Source of the DNA: a bacterium | GTDB taxonomy: Bacteria; UBA8248 | Direction: 5' to 3' | Assembly (NCBI GenBank): GCA_965202625.1 | Contig: CBDBBI010000010.1 | Location: 2,528,001 to 2,592,000 of the forward strand | DNA length: 64,000 bases | Shown: piece after piece, positions 50,511-59,462 of the stretch | How positions within the stretch are numbered: position 1 is the first letter of the stretch | Layout of the letters: the number at the start of each line of letters is the position of its first letter | The notes under the pieces: model-generated | Database searches by the model: none | The model's input: only the letters and a program-made list of their open reading frames with translations | Told to the model about the DNA's origin: nothing | Position numbers and translations under genes: made by a program

Positions 50511-50963
50511 TTGCGTTTTCTCTTGTTCGATCAAATCCAGGAGGCGGTGCGCGGGGAGCGTATTCTGGGCCTCAAGACGTTTCCTTTGTCCGAAATCTAT
50601 CTGAACGCGCATTTTAGGCGCGCGCCCCGGATTCCCGGATCCATTCTGATAGAGGCGATGGCGCAGATTGCGGGTTGGCTCGTAGTCTATACGTATGATT
50701 TCAGGACCTCGTGCGTCATCTCGCTCATCAATGGCGTGGAGGTGGCGAGCGACCTGCGTCCGGGAGTTTCTTTGGAGATTCATGGGGAGATGATTGATAC
50801 GAACGAGCGGGCGAGCCTGTGCCGCGCGCGGGTCGAGAAAGACGGTGTCGTGTTGGCCAGGGTGGAGCGATTCGTGTATCCCCACTTTCCCAACGATGAT
50901 CCCAAGTCGCTGAAAGAGCGATTCAGGCGCTACGGATGGTTGGGGTTCGAGGCGGGTTCATGA
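50511..50963 (+). CDS. FabZ/FabA-like 3-hydroxyacyl-ACP dehydratase
   Basis: MRFLLFD and HFRRAPRIPGSILIEAMAQ motifs. Confidence 0.85.
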   Translation: MRFLLFDQIQEAVRGERILGLKTFPLSEIYLNAHFRRAPRIPGSILIEAMAQIAGWLVVYTYDFRTSCVISLINGVEVASDLRPGVSLEIHGEMIDTNERASLCRARVEKDGVVLARVERFVYPHFPNDDPKSLKERFRRYGWLGFEAGS

Positions 50964-52225
50964 GCACCCAGACGCTCGTCACCGGTCTCGGCATGGTGAC
51001 CTCTCTTGGGGCGGACGTTGAAACTTCATGGCGAGGGGCATTGGCTGGCGAGTCGGGTTTAAGGCCGATTGCGTCCTTCGACGCGAGCGCGCTGCCCATC
51101 GCCGGGGCGGGCGAGGTTTCTGAGGAGGCGATGCGCCTCATCAGGGAGAGATTGCCTGAGGAATACGCGGGTGAGGGGGAGCGCAGGACGCTGTTCGCGC
51201 TTGACGCTGTGCGCGGCGCGATGGAGGACGCCGGTCTGCGTGTCGGGGATTATGCTCCCGAACGCGCCGGCGTGGTGATGGGGACCGGTCTGAGCACTTA
51301 TCGATTGGAGGATTTCTGCGCTTGGGCGGACCCTGAAAATGGGTTTGACGCTGCGCGTTTTGCAAAGGAATTCCACAGGACGCAAGATTCAGGTTACTTC
51401 AAGAATCCGCCCGAGCGCGCGACGTCCCGAATTGCCGAATGGTTTGACCTCGCCGGTCCCAGCGCTACTATCACCTCCGCCTGTGCGGCGGCGGCGCAGG
51501 CGATAGGCCTTGGAATGCGTATGATTCGCCGGGGAGAGGCGGACGTGATTCTTTGCGGCGGGGCTGACTCGATGATCCATCCTATCGGGATGGCTATATT
51601 CCTTCTGCTGGGTGCCGCCTCGAAATCGCGGGTCCCGATTTGCCGCCCATTTGACAGGAAACGCTCTGGCCTTGCTGTTGGCGAGGGGGCGGGCGTCGTC
51701 GTCCTGGAATCTGCGGCGCACGCGCGCGCGCGCGGTGCGGCGCCTTATGCCATTCTTTCAGGTTATGGCGCGAGCATGGACGCCCACCAGGTCACGGCTC
51801 CGCATCCGGCGGGCCGCGGCGCCGCTCGATCGATGAGCGAGGCGTTGAAGGATGCGGGCTCCGCTCCCCACGATATCGCCTACGTCAACGCGCACGGCAC
51901 GGGCACGAAGCTCAACGATCCGGCCGAGACCCGGGCGATTCGCGAGGTTTTTGGGGCGCGGGCGGATGCGCTAGCCGTGAGTTCTTCCAAGTCCATGATC
52001 GGGCACCTGATCGCCGCGTGCGGCGCGCCTGAGTTCATCTTTACGACCTTGAGCGTGGCGCGCGATATGGTGCATCCTACGAGGGATTTGGAGAATCCGG
52101 ATCCGAAGTGCGATCTCGACTATGTGTCTGAGGGAGCGAGAAACATGCCTGTTCCGGCCGCCATGACGAACTCCTTTGGCTTCGGCGGGCAAAACGCCAC
52201 TCTCCTCATCAGAAAGGCGGCTTAG
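50960..52225 (+). CDS. Beta-ketoacyl-ACP synthase (FabF-like), intact Cys-His-His
   Basis: SACAAA, NAHGTGT, KSMIGH and NSFGFGGQN motifs. Confidence 0.92.
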   Translation: MSTQTLVTGLGMVTSLGADVETSWRGALAGESGLRPIASFDASALPIAGAGEVSEEAMRLIRERLPEEYAGEGERRTLFALDAVRGAMEDAGLRVGDYAPERAGVVMGTGLSTYRLEDFCAWADPENGFDAARFAKEFHRTQDSGYFKNPPERATSRIAEWFDLAGPSATITSACAAAAQAIGLGMRMIRRGEADVILCGGADSMIHPIGMAIFLLLGAASKSRVPICRPFDRKRSGLAVGEGAGVVVLESAAHARARGAAPYAILSGYGASMDAHQVTAPHPAGRGAARSMSEALKDAGSAPHDIAYVNAHGTGTKLNDPAETRAIREVFGARADALAVSSSKSMIGHLIAACGAPEFIFTTLSVARDMVHPTRDLENPDPKCDLDYVSEGARNMPVPAAMTNSFGFGGQNATLLIRKAA

Positions 52226-52978
52226 ATGAAGATTGACTTGAGTGGAAAAATTGCGCTGGTGACAGGAGGCGGCCGGGGCATCGGTCGCGCCTGCTGTGTG
52301 GGCCTTGCCGAGGCGGGAGCGTCCGTGGCGATCAACTACAGCCGCTCGGCGGAGGCCGCCGAGGAAGTGAGAGGAGAGATCGAAGCGGCGGGCGGCGAGG
52401 CGCGCGCCTACCGGGCCGACGTCTCCTCCTTTGACGCGGTGGGGGAGATGTTCGAGAAGGTGAAGGCGGATTTCGGCACGCTCGACATTCTGGTGAACAA
52501 CGCGGGCGTGGTTCACGATGCCTTGCTGCTCACGATGAAACCCGCCGGCTGGCGCAAGGTGATCGGCGTAAGTTTGGACGGCACCTATCACTGCACGAAA
52601 CTCGCCGGCGAGATCATGCTCAGGAAACGTTCTGGCAAGGTGATCACCATCTCCTCGGTCATGGCGATCTCGGGCGGGGGCGGCCAGACGAACTACGCCT
52701 CCGCCAAGGCGGGGCTGGTCGCCTTCACGCGCGCCTGCGCCGCCGAGATGGGAAAGCGCGGGATACAGTTCAACGCCGTCTTGCCGGGGATGATCGTCAC
52801 CGACATGAGCGAACGTGTGCGCGAGAAAGCGGGAGAGGCGATTCTGGCGCGCATTCCGGCGGGCCGCTTCGGCACGCCTGCGGACGTGGCCAGGCTCGTA
52901 TTGTTCTTGGCGTCTTCGGAATCGGATTACATCAATGGCCAGGCGATAGCCGTGGACGGCGGCATGCTCACTGGATGA
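52226..52978 (+). CDS. fabG: 3-oxoacyl-ACP reductase (FabG-like)
   Basis: TGGGRGIG, NNAG, GQTNYASAKAG and IPAGRFG motifs. Confidence 0.85.
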   Translation: MKIDLSGKIALVTGGGRGIGRACCVGLAEAGASVAINYSRSAEAAEEVRGEIEAAGGEARAYRADVSSFDAVGEMFEKVKADFGTLDILVNNAGVVHDALLLTMKPAGWRKVIGVSLDGTYHCTKLAGEIMLRKRSGKVITISSVMAISGGGGQTNYASAKAGLVAFTRACAAEMGKRGIQFNAVLPGMIVTDMSERVREKAGEAILARIPAGRFGTPADVARLVLFLASSESDYINGQAIAVDGGMLTG

Positions 52979-52996
52979 GGACGGGGGTTTTGGCGA

Positions 52997-53413
52997 ATGC
53001 GCCTGTATCAGGGGGTGGATTTGGTAGAGGTGGCGCGCTTGCGAAAAGCCTGTGAGCGTCACGATGCGTTTCAGGAGGACGTATTCACTGAAGCCGAGCG
53101 CACCTATTGCGAGAAGCACCGAAATCCTTATCCCCATTTCGCCGCCCGCTTCGCGGCGAAAGAAGCCTGTCTCAAAGCCTTCGGCGTTGGTCTGTCAGGG
53201 CCTGACGGCCTGGGCGGAAGAGGTCGCCTGCGCGAGATCGAGGTGGAATCGGCGGCGTCGGGCAAGCCTGCGCTGCGGCTGCACGGCTCAATGGAGCGCA
53301 TGCGCGTGCGAAAGAGGATCACCCAGTCCACCATTTCGATGAGCCATACTTTGGAGCTAGCTATGGCGCAGGTCATTCTCGTGGGAGATGGCGCGCCGGA
53401 GGGGTTGCGCTAG
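52997..53413 (+). CDS. acpS: Holo-ACP synthase
   Basis: GVDLVEV, FTEAE, ARFAAKEA, GKP and SMSH motifs. Confidence 0.9.
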   Translation: MRLYQGVDLVEVARLRKACERHDAFQEDVFTEAERTYCEKHRNPYPHFAARFAAKEACLKAFGVGLSGPDGLGGRGRLREIEVESAASGKPALRLHGSMERMRVRKRITQSTISMSHTLELAMAQVILVGDGAPEGLR

Positions 53414-53468
53414 AGGTGGTTTCGGCAACCCCGCCGCGCGAGGGGTGAGTGGGTCGGAGGAATCATTT

Positions 53469-53921
53469 TTGAGATATATGTTGGTGGACAGGGTGGCGGA
53501 GTGGAAGGCGGGAGAATCCATCCAGGGGGTGAAGAACATCACCATGAGCGAGGATTTTTTAGAGTTTCATTTTCCGCGGTTTCCCGTCATGCCGGGCGCG
53601 CTGATATTCGAGGGGTTGGTCCAGCTCGCTGGCTGGCTCGAGGCGGCCAGCTCGGATTTCACGAAATGGGTTCTTTTGGAGAGGGCCCGCAGTGTGAAAT
53701 ACTATGGATTCGCCTTTCCCGGAGATCAGGTTCTCCTGAGAGTGGAAGCGTGCGCGGAGGAGGGGGGATGGAAGGACTTCAAGGGTATGGCCGCCGTGGA
53801 GGGAGAGCGTCGGGTGGCCGTTGAGTTTAGCGGAAAGCTGGTGGCCCTCGCGGATTACGAGGACCCTGAGGAGCAACGCCATCACTTCCGCGTTCTCAGC
53901 CGAGAGATTCGGCTGGGTTAG
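53469..53921 (+). CDS. FabZ-like 3-hydroxyacyl-ACP dehydratase
   Basis: YMLVDRV, KNIT, HFPRFPVMPGALIFEG and PGD motifs. Confidence 0.87.
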   Translation: MRYMLVDRVAEWKAGESIQGVKNITMSEDFLEFHFPRFPVMPGALIFEGLVQLAGWLEAASSDFTKWVLLERARSVKYYGFAFPGDQVLLRVEACAEEGGWKDFKGMAAVEGERRVAVEFSGKLVALADYEDPEEQRHHFRVLSREIRLG

Positions 53922-53933
53922 GCGGAATGCGCG

Positions 53934-55232
53934 ATGGAAGGCAGAGAGGTTTGGATCACGGGGGTGGGGCTGCTCACCTCTCTGGGCGCGAGCGTGTCGG
54001 AGAACTGGAAGGCACTTTGCGCCGGCAGAAGCGGTGTCGCCTGTCATCGGGACGGAGAGTGCGCGTCCTTGCCGAATCATCTCTCCTATCACGGCAGGGT
54101 CGCCGGCTATGAAGACCCACCCGAGGTGCCGTCCGGGCTCGCGAGCCAGCGTAAATTCTTGAACAGAAGCTCCATCCTCGGGCTTCATGCGGCCAGGGAG
54201 GCGGCCTCTTGCGCTGGCCTCGATATGGGCGAGATTGCCCCGGAGCGAAAAGCCCTCTACGTGGGCTCCGGTGATTTCACGAAGATGGGCTATGAGGATT
54301 TCTACGCTCCCTTGAAGGAGACGGCCGGCGAAGCATGGAACTTTCCAAAAACGGAGGACCTCAACCAAGCGGTGCTCCACGGAGTGAGCCCCTTTTTTTT
54401 ACTCGAGGGCCTGTCCAACAATCTTTTTAGCTATCTCTCGGCCATTTATAAGTCCATGGGGCCAAACGGCAGTTTCTCTAGTCTCTCCTCTTGCGGGGCG
54501 CAGGCACTGGAAAACTGTGAGCGCGTGGTGCGCTCCGGAGAGGCCGACGTTGGTTTGGTCGTGGGCTGCGGGAGCTGGGCGCATCCTATGATGCTTTTGG
54601 AACTCGACGGTCTGGGCGTTCTCTCTCAGGCGAAGGAGGGTGCTGCGTCGTTTCGGCCGTTTGATAGGAGGCGCGATGGATTCTTCCCCGGCGAGGGGGG
54701 GGCCGCTCTGGTGATGGAGGCGGCCGAACGCGCCCGGGCGCGAGGCGCGCAACCCTTGGGCCGCGTCGTTGGAACGGCGAATTGTCAGGAATTCTCGCGG
54801 GAGCGTCACATTCCCGTTCCCAAGGGAGCGGTGGGCTTCTCCGTGGAATCCGCTATGGCTGAGGCGGGTCTTGGCCCTGACGCGCTTGCTTTCGTCCTTC
54901 TCCACGGAAGCGGGACGCCGAGAGGGGACGCGGGCGAGTTGTCCGCCTTGCTGGAATACCGGGACAAGGCGGAGACTTTGTGTCCTCTCGCCGGTTGGAA
55001 GCCCTACACGGGGCACATGGGTTCGGCCAGTGATTTGGGAGAAATCATTCTGGGGTTGTCCGCCCTGAGAGAGGGCCGTCTTCCTCCCACGCCGGGCCTT
55101 GAGCGCAAAGACGATGCTTTCGCCGCTCTTTGTATTCCTGATGAGGAGTGCTCCGTCGTCGGAAGCGCGTTTTTGTCCTTGAGCCACGGCATCGGCGGGC
55201 AATCCTCCGCTACCGTCGTCGTAGCGCGGTGA
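53934..55232 (+). CDS. KS-like protein with Ser at the catalytic Cys position
   Basis: GPNGSFSSLSSCGAQA versus GPMVSICSACAAGAQA in the first KS; LHGSGT and TGHMG histidines retained. Confidence 0.8.
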   Translation: MEGREVWITGVGLLTSLGASVSENWKALCAGRSGVACHRDGECASLPNHLSYHGRVAGYEDPPEVPSGLASQRKFLNRSSILGLHAAREAASCAGLDMGEIAPERKALYVGSGDFTKMGYEDFYAPLKETAGEAWNFPKTEDLNQAVLHGVSPFFLLEGLSNNLFSYLSAIYKSMGPNGSFSSLSSCGAQALENCERVVRSGEADVGLVVGCGSWAHPMMLLELDGLGVLSQAKEGAASFRPFDRRRDGFFPGEGGAALVMEAAERARARGAQPLGRVVGTANCQEFSRERHIPVPKGAVGFSVESAMAEAGLGPDALAFVLLHGSGTPRGDAGELSALLEYRDKAETLCPLAGWKPYTGHMGSASDLGEIILGLSALREGRLPPTPGLERKDDAFAALCIPDEECSVVGSAFLSLSHGIGGQSSATVVVAR

Positions 55233-56212
55233 ATAAGTCCACAAGGCGAAACAAGAGAAAGCGCAGCAAGGACAAGAGCGCGTTTCACCAGTGGGTGGAG
55301 TACGCCTTGGCCATCTCGCTGCTGAAACTGATTCGTCTGCTGCCTTATAGGGTTTGCCGAGCGATTTCCGTCGTAGGGGGAGAGATGATTTTTCGCCTCA
55401 TCCCGAGAAGAAGACGCATCGCGCGCGCCAATCTGCGCCTGGCGTTTCCCGATCTCGGCGAGGCGGAGCGTCTGATCCTGGCGAGGCGCAGTTGCCGTTC
55501 GTTCGTCCTCACGTGTCTGGAAGGAGCGAAATTTTTCGCCCGTTTCGAGCCGGAGCGGGCCAGAGCGATGCTGACAAATGCCGTCGACGGGGCGGAGGAA
55601 ATTTTGAAAAAAGTACGCGCTGCTCATGAAGGCGCACGCGGGTGCGTCTTCGTCACGCCGCATCTGGGAAACTGGGAATGCCTCGTCCATGCGGGCGCGC
55701 TGGCGGGCGTCCCGCTAACCATTCCCGTGAGGTCCCTGGACAATCGAAGGCTGGAGAGCGCGCTGCGCAAGATGCGCGCGGCTTCCGGACACGAGATCAT
55801 CTCTAAGAGGAACGCTTTTTTTCATCTGCGAGAGGCACTCCGCAAGGGCCGCTCGGTGGCGATTCTGGCGGATCAGAACGCGGGCGCAGAGGGAATCGCC
55901 GCGCCGTTTTTCGGCGAGCCGGCCAGTACGACGCCCGCCCCCGCCGCACTCGCGATTCTTTACGACCGCCCCATCGTTTTGGTCGCGTGTCTGAGAGGGG
56001 AAGGCGATGGCCGGCGCTACGAAGCCTTTTTGAGCGAGCCGATAACGCCCGACGTGGGCGCGCGAAGCGCGAAGGAGGAGATCGCAAGGCTCACGACGGC
56101 GGTGAACGAGGAGATGGAAAGCATGATTCGCAAAGGACCGGACCAGTATCTATGGCTTCATGATAGATGGAAGATCGCCAAGGGTGGCGGGCCGGCTCAC
56201 GAGGCGGGCTGA
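55229..56212 (+). CDS. LpxL/HtrB-family lipid acyltransferase
   Basis: NLRLAFP, TPHLGNWE, LADQ, FFG and PDQYLWLHDRWK motifs. Confidence 0.88.
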   Translation: MNKSTRRNKRKRSKDKSAFHQWVEYALAISLLKLIRLLPYRVCRAISVVGGEMIFRLIPRRRRIARANLRLAFPDLGEAERLILARRSCRSFVLTCLEGAKFFARFEPERARAMLTNAVDGAEEILKKVRAAHEGARGCVFVTPHLGNWECLVHAGALAGVPLTIPVRSLDNRRLESALRKMRAASGHEIISKRNAFFHLREALRKGRSVAILADQNAGAEGIAAPFFGEPASTTPAPAALAILYDRPIVLVACLRGEGDGRRYEAFLSEPITPDVGARSAKEEIARLTTAVNEEMESMIRKGPDQYLWLHDRWKIAKGGGPAHEAG

Positions 56213-56604
56213 GGGGAGGACGCGGATTTTTTCAGGCGCGCGAGGAAGGGGACGCCCAGTTTGTCGAGTTTCGCCTCGAGTTTTTTCGTGCAGTCGCAAT
56301 CGCCGCAAACGGGATATCCCTCGCAATCCTCAGGCTTTCGGGCAAAGCGCACGTCGATCTGCTCGAAATACGCCTCCCAGTAAGGCAATTCCTCATATAG
56401 CTCATAGCCCGGTCCGAACGCCTCTCGGCAGTAGCAGACCTCAACCCAGCGCGTCTCGCCCTGCTCCGTGAGCCTCGCCTCTTTCATGCACTTCAAGAAG
56501 GTTTCGTGCGCGATGGAGCCGCGCCCGAGGGCGCCGGATTCGATGGCTTCGAGCAGAGCCGCGCTTTTGCCCTCAATCACTTTCCCCCGCACGAGGTATC
56601 GCAT
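56197..56604 (-). CDS. Small Cys-rich hypothetical protein
   Basis: GGGAGAG RBS; WVEVCYC, ELPYWE and CEGYPVCGDCDC motifs. Confidence 0.75.
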   Translation of the reverse strand: MRYLVRGKVIEGKSAALLEAIESGALGRGSIAHETFLKCMKEARLTEQGETRWVEVCYCREAFGPGYELYEELPYWEAYFEQIDVRFARKPEDCEGYPVCGDCDCTKKLEAKLDKLGVPFLARLKKSASSPQPAS

Positions 56605-56742
56605 CGCTCTCCCCCTTAGTTTCTATAGACGCAGCATTTAATTATAACATAACCTTCATCGTTCATGTATATGATGGGGGGACGCGGCTTCGCCTGCCCG
56701 CGCCCTTGGAGTGGAGACGAACCCGTGAGCCTAGGAGCCGGC

Positions 56743-58203
56743 ATGGACAAATCGATCAACATCGTCATGGTGGCGAGCGAAATGTTCCCCTTTGCGAAGT
56801 CGGGCGGACTGGGGGACGTCATCGGCGCGCTGCCGCTGGCGCTGCGGCGGATGGGGCATGAAGTTTCCGTTTATCTGCCCGCCTACCGCGCCGTTCTTCG
56901 CGAATATGACCCGCGAGCCTCCTTTCAGGTTGCGGACGTCTTCACCAACGCGCGCTATGAGATATTCTCGCTCGAACGCGAGGGCGTTCTCGTGCACCTC
57001 GTTGCCGCTGACGGCTTGTTCGACCGCGATGGCTTTTACGGGGATGCGCGCGGGGCCTTTCCCGACAACGCGGAGCGTTTCGCCCGCTTCACCCGAGGCG
57101 CGCTCTCCCACATGGAGGAGGGAGGGACGCATCCTCTCCTCATCCATTGCCACGACTGGCAAGCCGCTCTGATACCGCCTTTGCTGAGGTGGCGACGCGC
57201 GGACCATGGGGCGTGGGGGGGAACCTCTACCGTCTTCACAATTCACAATCTCGCGTATCAGGGGCGGTTTCAAAAAGAGGATTTCGCGCATACCTGCCTG
57301 CCCGACGAAGCGATGGCTGTTGAGGGATTGGAGTTTCACGGCGACGTGAATTTCCTGAAGGGCGGCATTTTGTTCAGCGACGTCTTCTCGACCGTGAGCG
57401 AGAGGTATGCGCGGGAGATTCAGACGAAAGAGCAGGGAGAGGGGCTGGAGGGCGTGGTCGCTCTAAGATTATCCGCGCTGTTCGGAATCATGAACGGCAT
57501 TGACGACGCGGTATGGAACCCGGAGAGCGACGTTTGGATTCCGGCACCGTTCTCGATCGCGTGCCTGGAGGGAAAGGCGAGGTGTCAAGCGGCGTTGAGG
57601 GCGGAGTTAGGACTCGATGCGCGTGGGGACGGACCTTTGTGCGTCGTCGTCTCGCGGCTGGCCTCCCAGAAGGGGATCGACCTTCTGCTCGATACCATGG
57701 ACGAGTTGATGGAGCTGGGAATCAGCCTGGGTGTTTTGGGCACCGGCGAGAGAGAGCTGGAGGAGTCCCTCGCCGAGGCGGCCGCGGCCAGGCGGGGCCG
57801 GGTGGCGTTCGTATCCGCCTATGACGAGGGACTCGCCCACCGCATGTACGCGGGCGGAGACGTCTTGCTCATGCCTTCTCGATATGAGCCTGCGGGTCTG
57901 AACCAGCTCTACGCCATGCGCTATGGCGCCCTGCCCTACGTGCGGCGAGTGGGCGGCCTTGCGGATTCCGTTTTCTCGTCTTCGCCCGTGCCTGACCCGC
58001 GCGCCGACACGGGCTTTCATTTCGATGCGTTCGCCCCGGCCGATTTTCTGGCTGGAATGGGGAGGGTTTGCCAGGCGTTTCAGAATCAAGGGCTTTGGCG
58101 TAGGATGATGCGCAACGCCATACAGAAGAACTTCGGCTGGCATGAGATCGCCCCCCGCTACGTTGAGCTATACGAGAGGGCGATGCGCGCGCCGGCAGTT
58201 TGA
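56743..58203 (+). CDS. glgA: Glycogen synthase
   Basis: KSGGLGDV, HCHDWQ, TIHNLAYQG, SRLASQKG and MPSRYEP motifs. Confidence 0.95.
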   Translation: MDKSINIVMVASEMFPFAKSGGLGDVIGALPLALRRMGHEVSVYLPAYRAVLREYDPRASFQVADVFTNARYEIFSLEREGVLVHLVAADGLFDRDGFYGDARGAFPDNAERFARFTRGALSHMEEGGTHPLLIHCHDWQAALIPPLLRWRRADHGAWGGTSTVFTIHNLAYQGRFQKEDFAHTCLPDEAMAVEGLEFHGDVNFLKGGILFSDVFSTVSERYAREIQTKEQGEGLEGVVALRLSALFGIMNGIDDAVWNPESDVWIPAPFSIACLEGKARCQAALRAELGLDARGDGPLCVVVSRLASQKGIDLLLDTMDELMELGISLGVLGTGERELEESLAEAAAARRGRVAFVSAYDEGLAHRMYAGGDVLLMPSRYEPAGLNQLYAMRYGALPYVRRVGGLADSVFSSSPVPDPRADTGFHFDAFAPADFLAGMGRVCQAFQNQGLWRRMMRNAIQKNFGWHEIAPRYVELYERAMRAPAV

Positions 58204-58219
58204 GAGACGAGGAGGACGA

Positions 58220-59452
58220 ATGGTGGATCCGCATGGTTCTCGGGTCATATCCTTCGTCATGGCGGGCGGCGCCGGAAGCAGGCTGCACCCCCTGACGGTC
58301 GCCCGCGGCAAGCCCGCCGTTCCTTTCGGGTCGAAATACCGGATCATTGATTTCGTGCTGAGCAACTTGGTGAACTCAGGCTATCAGTCCATTTATGTGC
58401 TGGTGCAGTACCTGGCCCAATCCCTGATCGATCATCTGCGGCGTTCCTGGAACATCAGCGGATCGCTGGATCGCAACTTCGTGACCGCCGTTCCGCCGCA
58501 GGGACGCTCCGGAGAGTTCTGGTTCAAGGGAACGGCCGACTCCATTCATCAGAACAGAAACTTGGTGACGGACCACGCGCCCGACATCGTGCTGGTGTTC
58601 GGGGCGGATCACATCTACCGCATGGATGTAAGACAGATGGTTCGCTTCCATCTCGAGCGCGGGGCGGACGCGACGATATCGGCCCTGCCCGCGCCGCTCG
58701 ATGAGGCGTGCGGCTTCGGGGTGCTCGCAGTGGACGAGGAGGGACGGGTGGAGCGCTTCGATGAAAAGCCTCCACGCCCCCGGCCCATACCGGGCGACTC
58801 CTCACGCGCCCTTTGTTCCATGGGGAATTACGTATTCTCCGCCGGCGTGTTGATGGACGCGCTCATCAGCGACGCAGCGCGCGAGGGAGAGCACGATTTC
58901 GGGCGCACCATCATTCCCGCCTTGCTGGGTGAGCACAAGAAACTCTACGCCTATGATTTTTTCAAAAACGAGATTCCCGGCGTCAAGGTGAGCGAGGAGA
59001 GGGGCTACTGGCGCGATGTGGGAACGATCAAGACCTATTGGGAGACGCAGATGGATTTGCTCGGGGAGACGCCGCGCCTCGATCTGGGGAATCCCGACTG
59101 GCCGATACGCACCGGAGCCTATCCGGGGCCCGGTAGTCGCGTCGTGTCCACGCAGGTGGAAAGCGCCCTTATCGGCGAGGGGTGTCGGATCGTGGGCGCG
59201 CGGATTGAGCGCTCCGTCATCGGACGCGGCGTGATAATCGAAAAAGGGGCGGAAATCACGGATTCCATCGTTATGGACCACACCCACATCGGGGTCGGAG
59301 CGAAGCTGCGCAAGGCGATCGTGGATCGATTCAATCAGATCGAGGCGGGCGCTTGCGTCATGGATGCGAACGCCGACGCCCACCCCGGCGCCCTGTCCGA
59401 TCCTTCCGGAGTCATCGTCTTGCCGCGCGGCTTCACCCGCCCTGTCATATAG
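58220..59452 (+). CDS. glgC: Glucose-1-phosphate adenylyltransferase
   Basis: AGGAGSRL, KPAVPFG, GTAD, DHIYRMD, SMGNY and YWRDVGT motifs. Confidence 0.95.
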   Translation: MVDPHGSRVISFVMAGGAGSRLHPLTVARGKPAVPFGSKYRIIDFVLSNLVNSGYQSIYVLVQYLAQSLIDHLRRSWNISGSLDRNFVTAVPPQGRSGEFWFKGTADSIHQNRNLVTDHAPDIVLVFGADHIYRMDVRQMVRFHLERGADATISALPAPLDEACGFGVLAVDEEGRVERFDEKPPRPRPIPGDSSRALCSMGNYVFSAGVLMDALISDAAREGEHDFGRTIIPALLGEHKKLYAYDFFKNEIPGVKVSEERGYWRDVGTIKTYWETQMDLLGETPRLDLGNPDWPIRTGAYPGPGSRVVSTQVESALIGEGCRIVGARIERSVIGRGVIIEKGAEITDSIVMDHTHIGVGAKLRKAIVDRFNQIEAGACVMDANADAHPGALSDPSGVIVLPRGFTRPVI

Positions 59453-59462
59453 GATACGTCTC

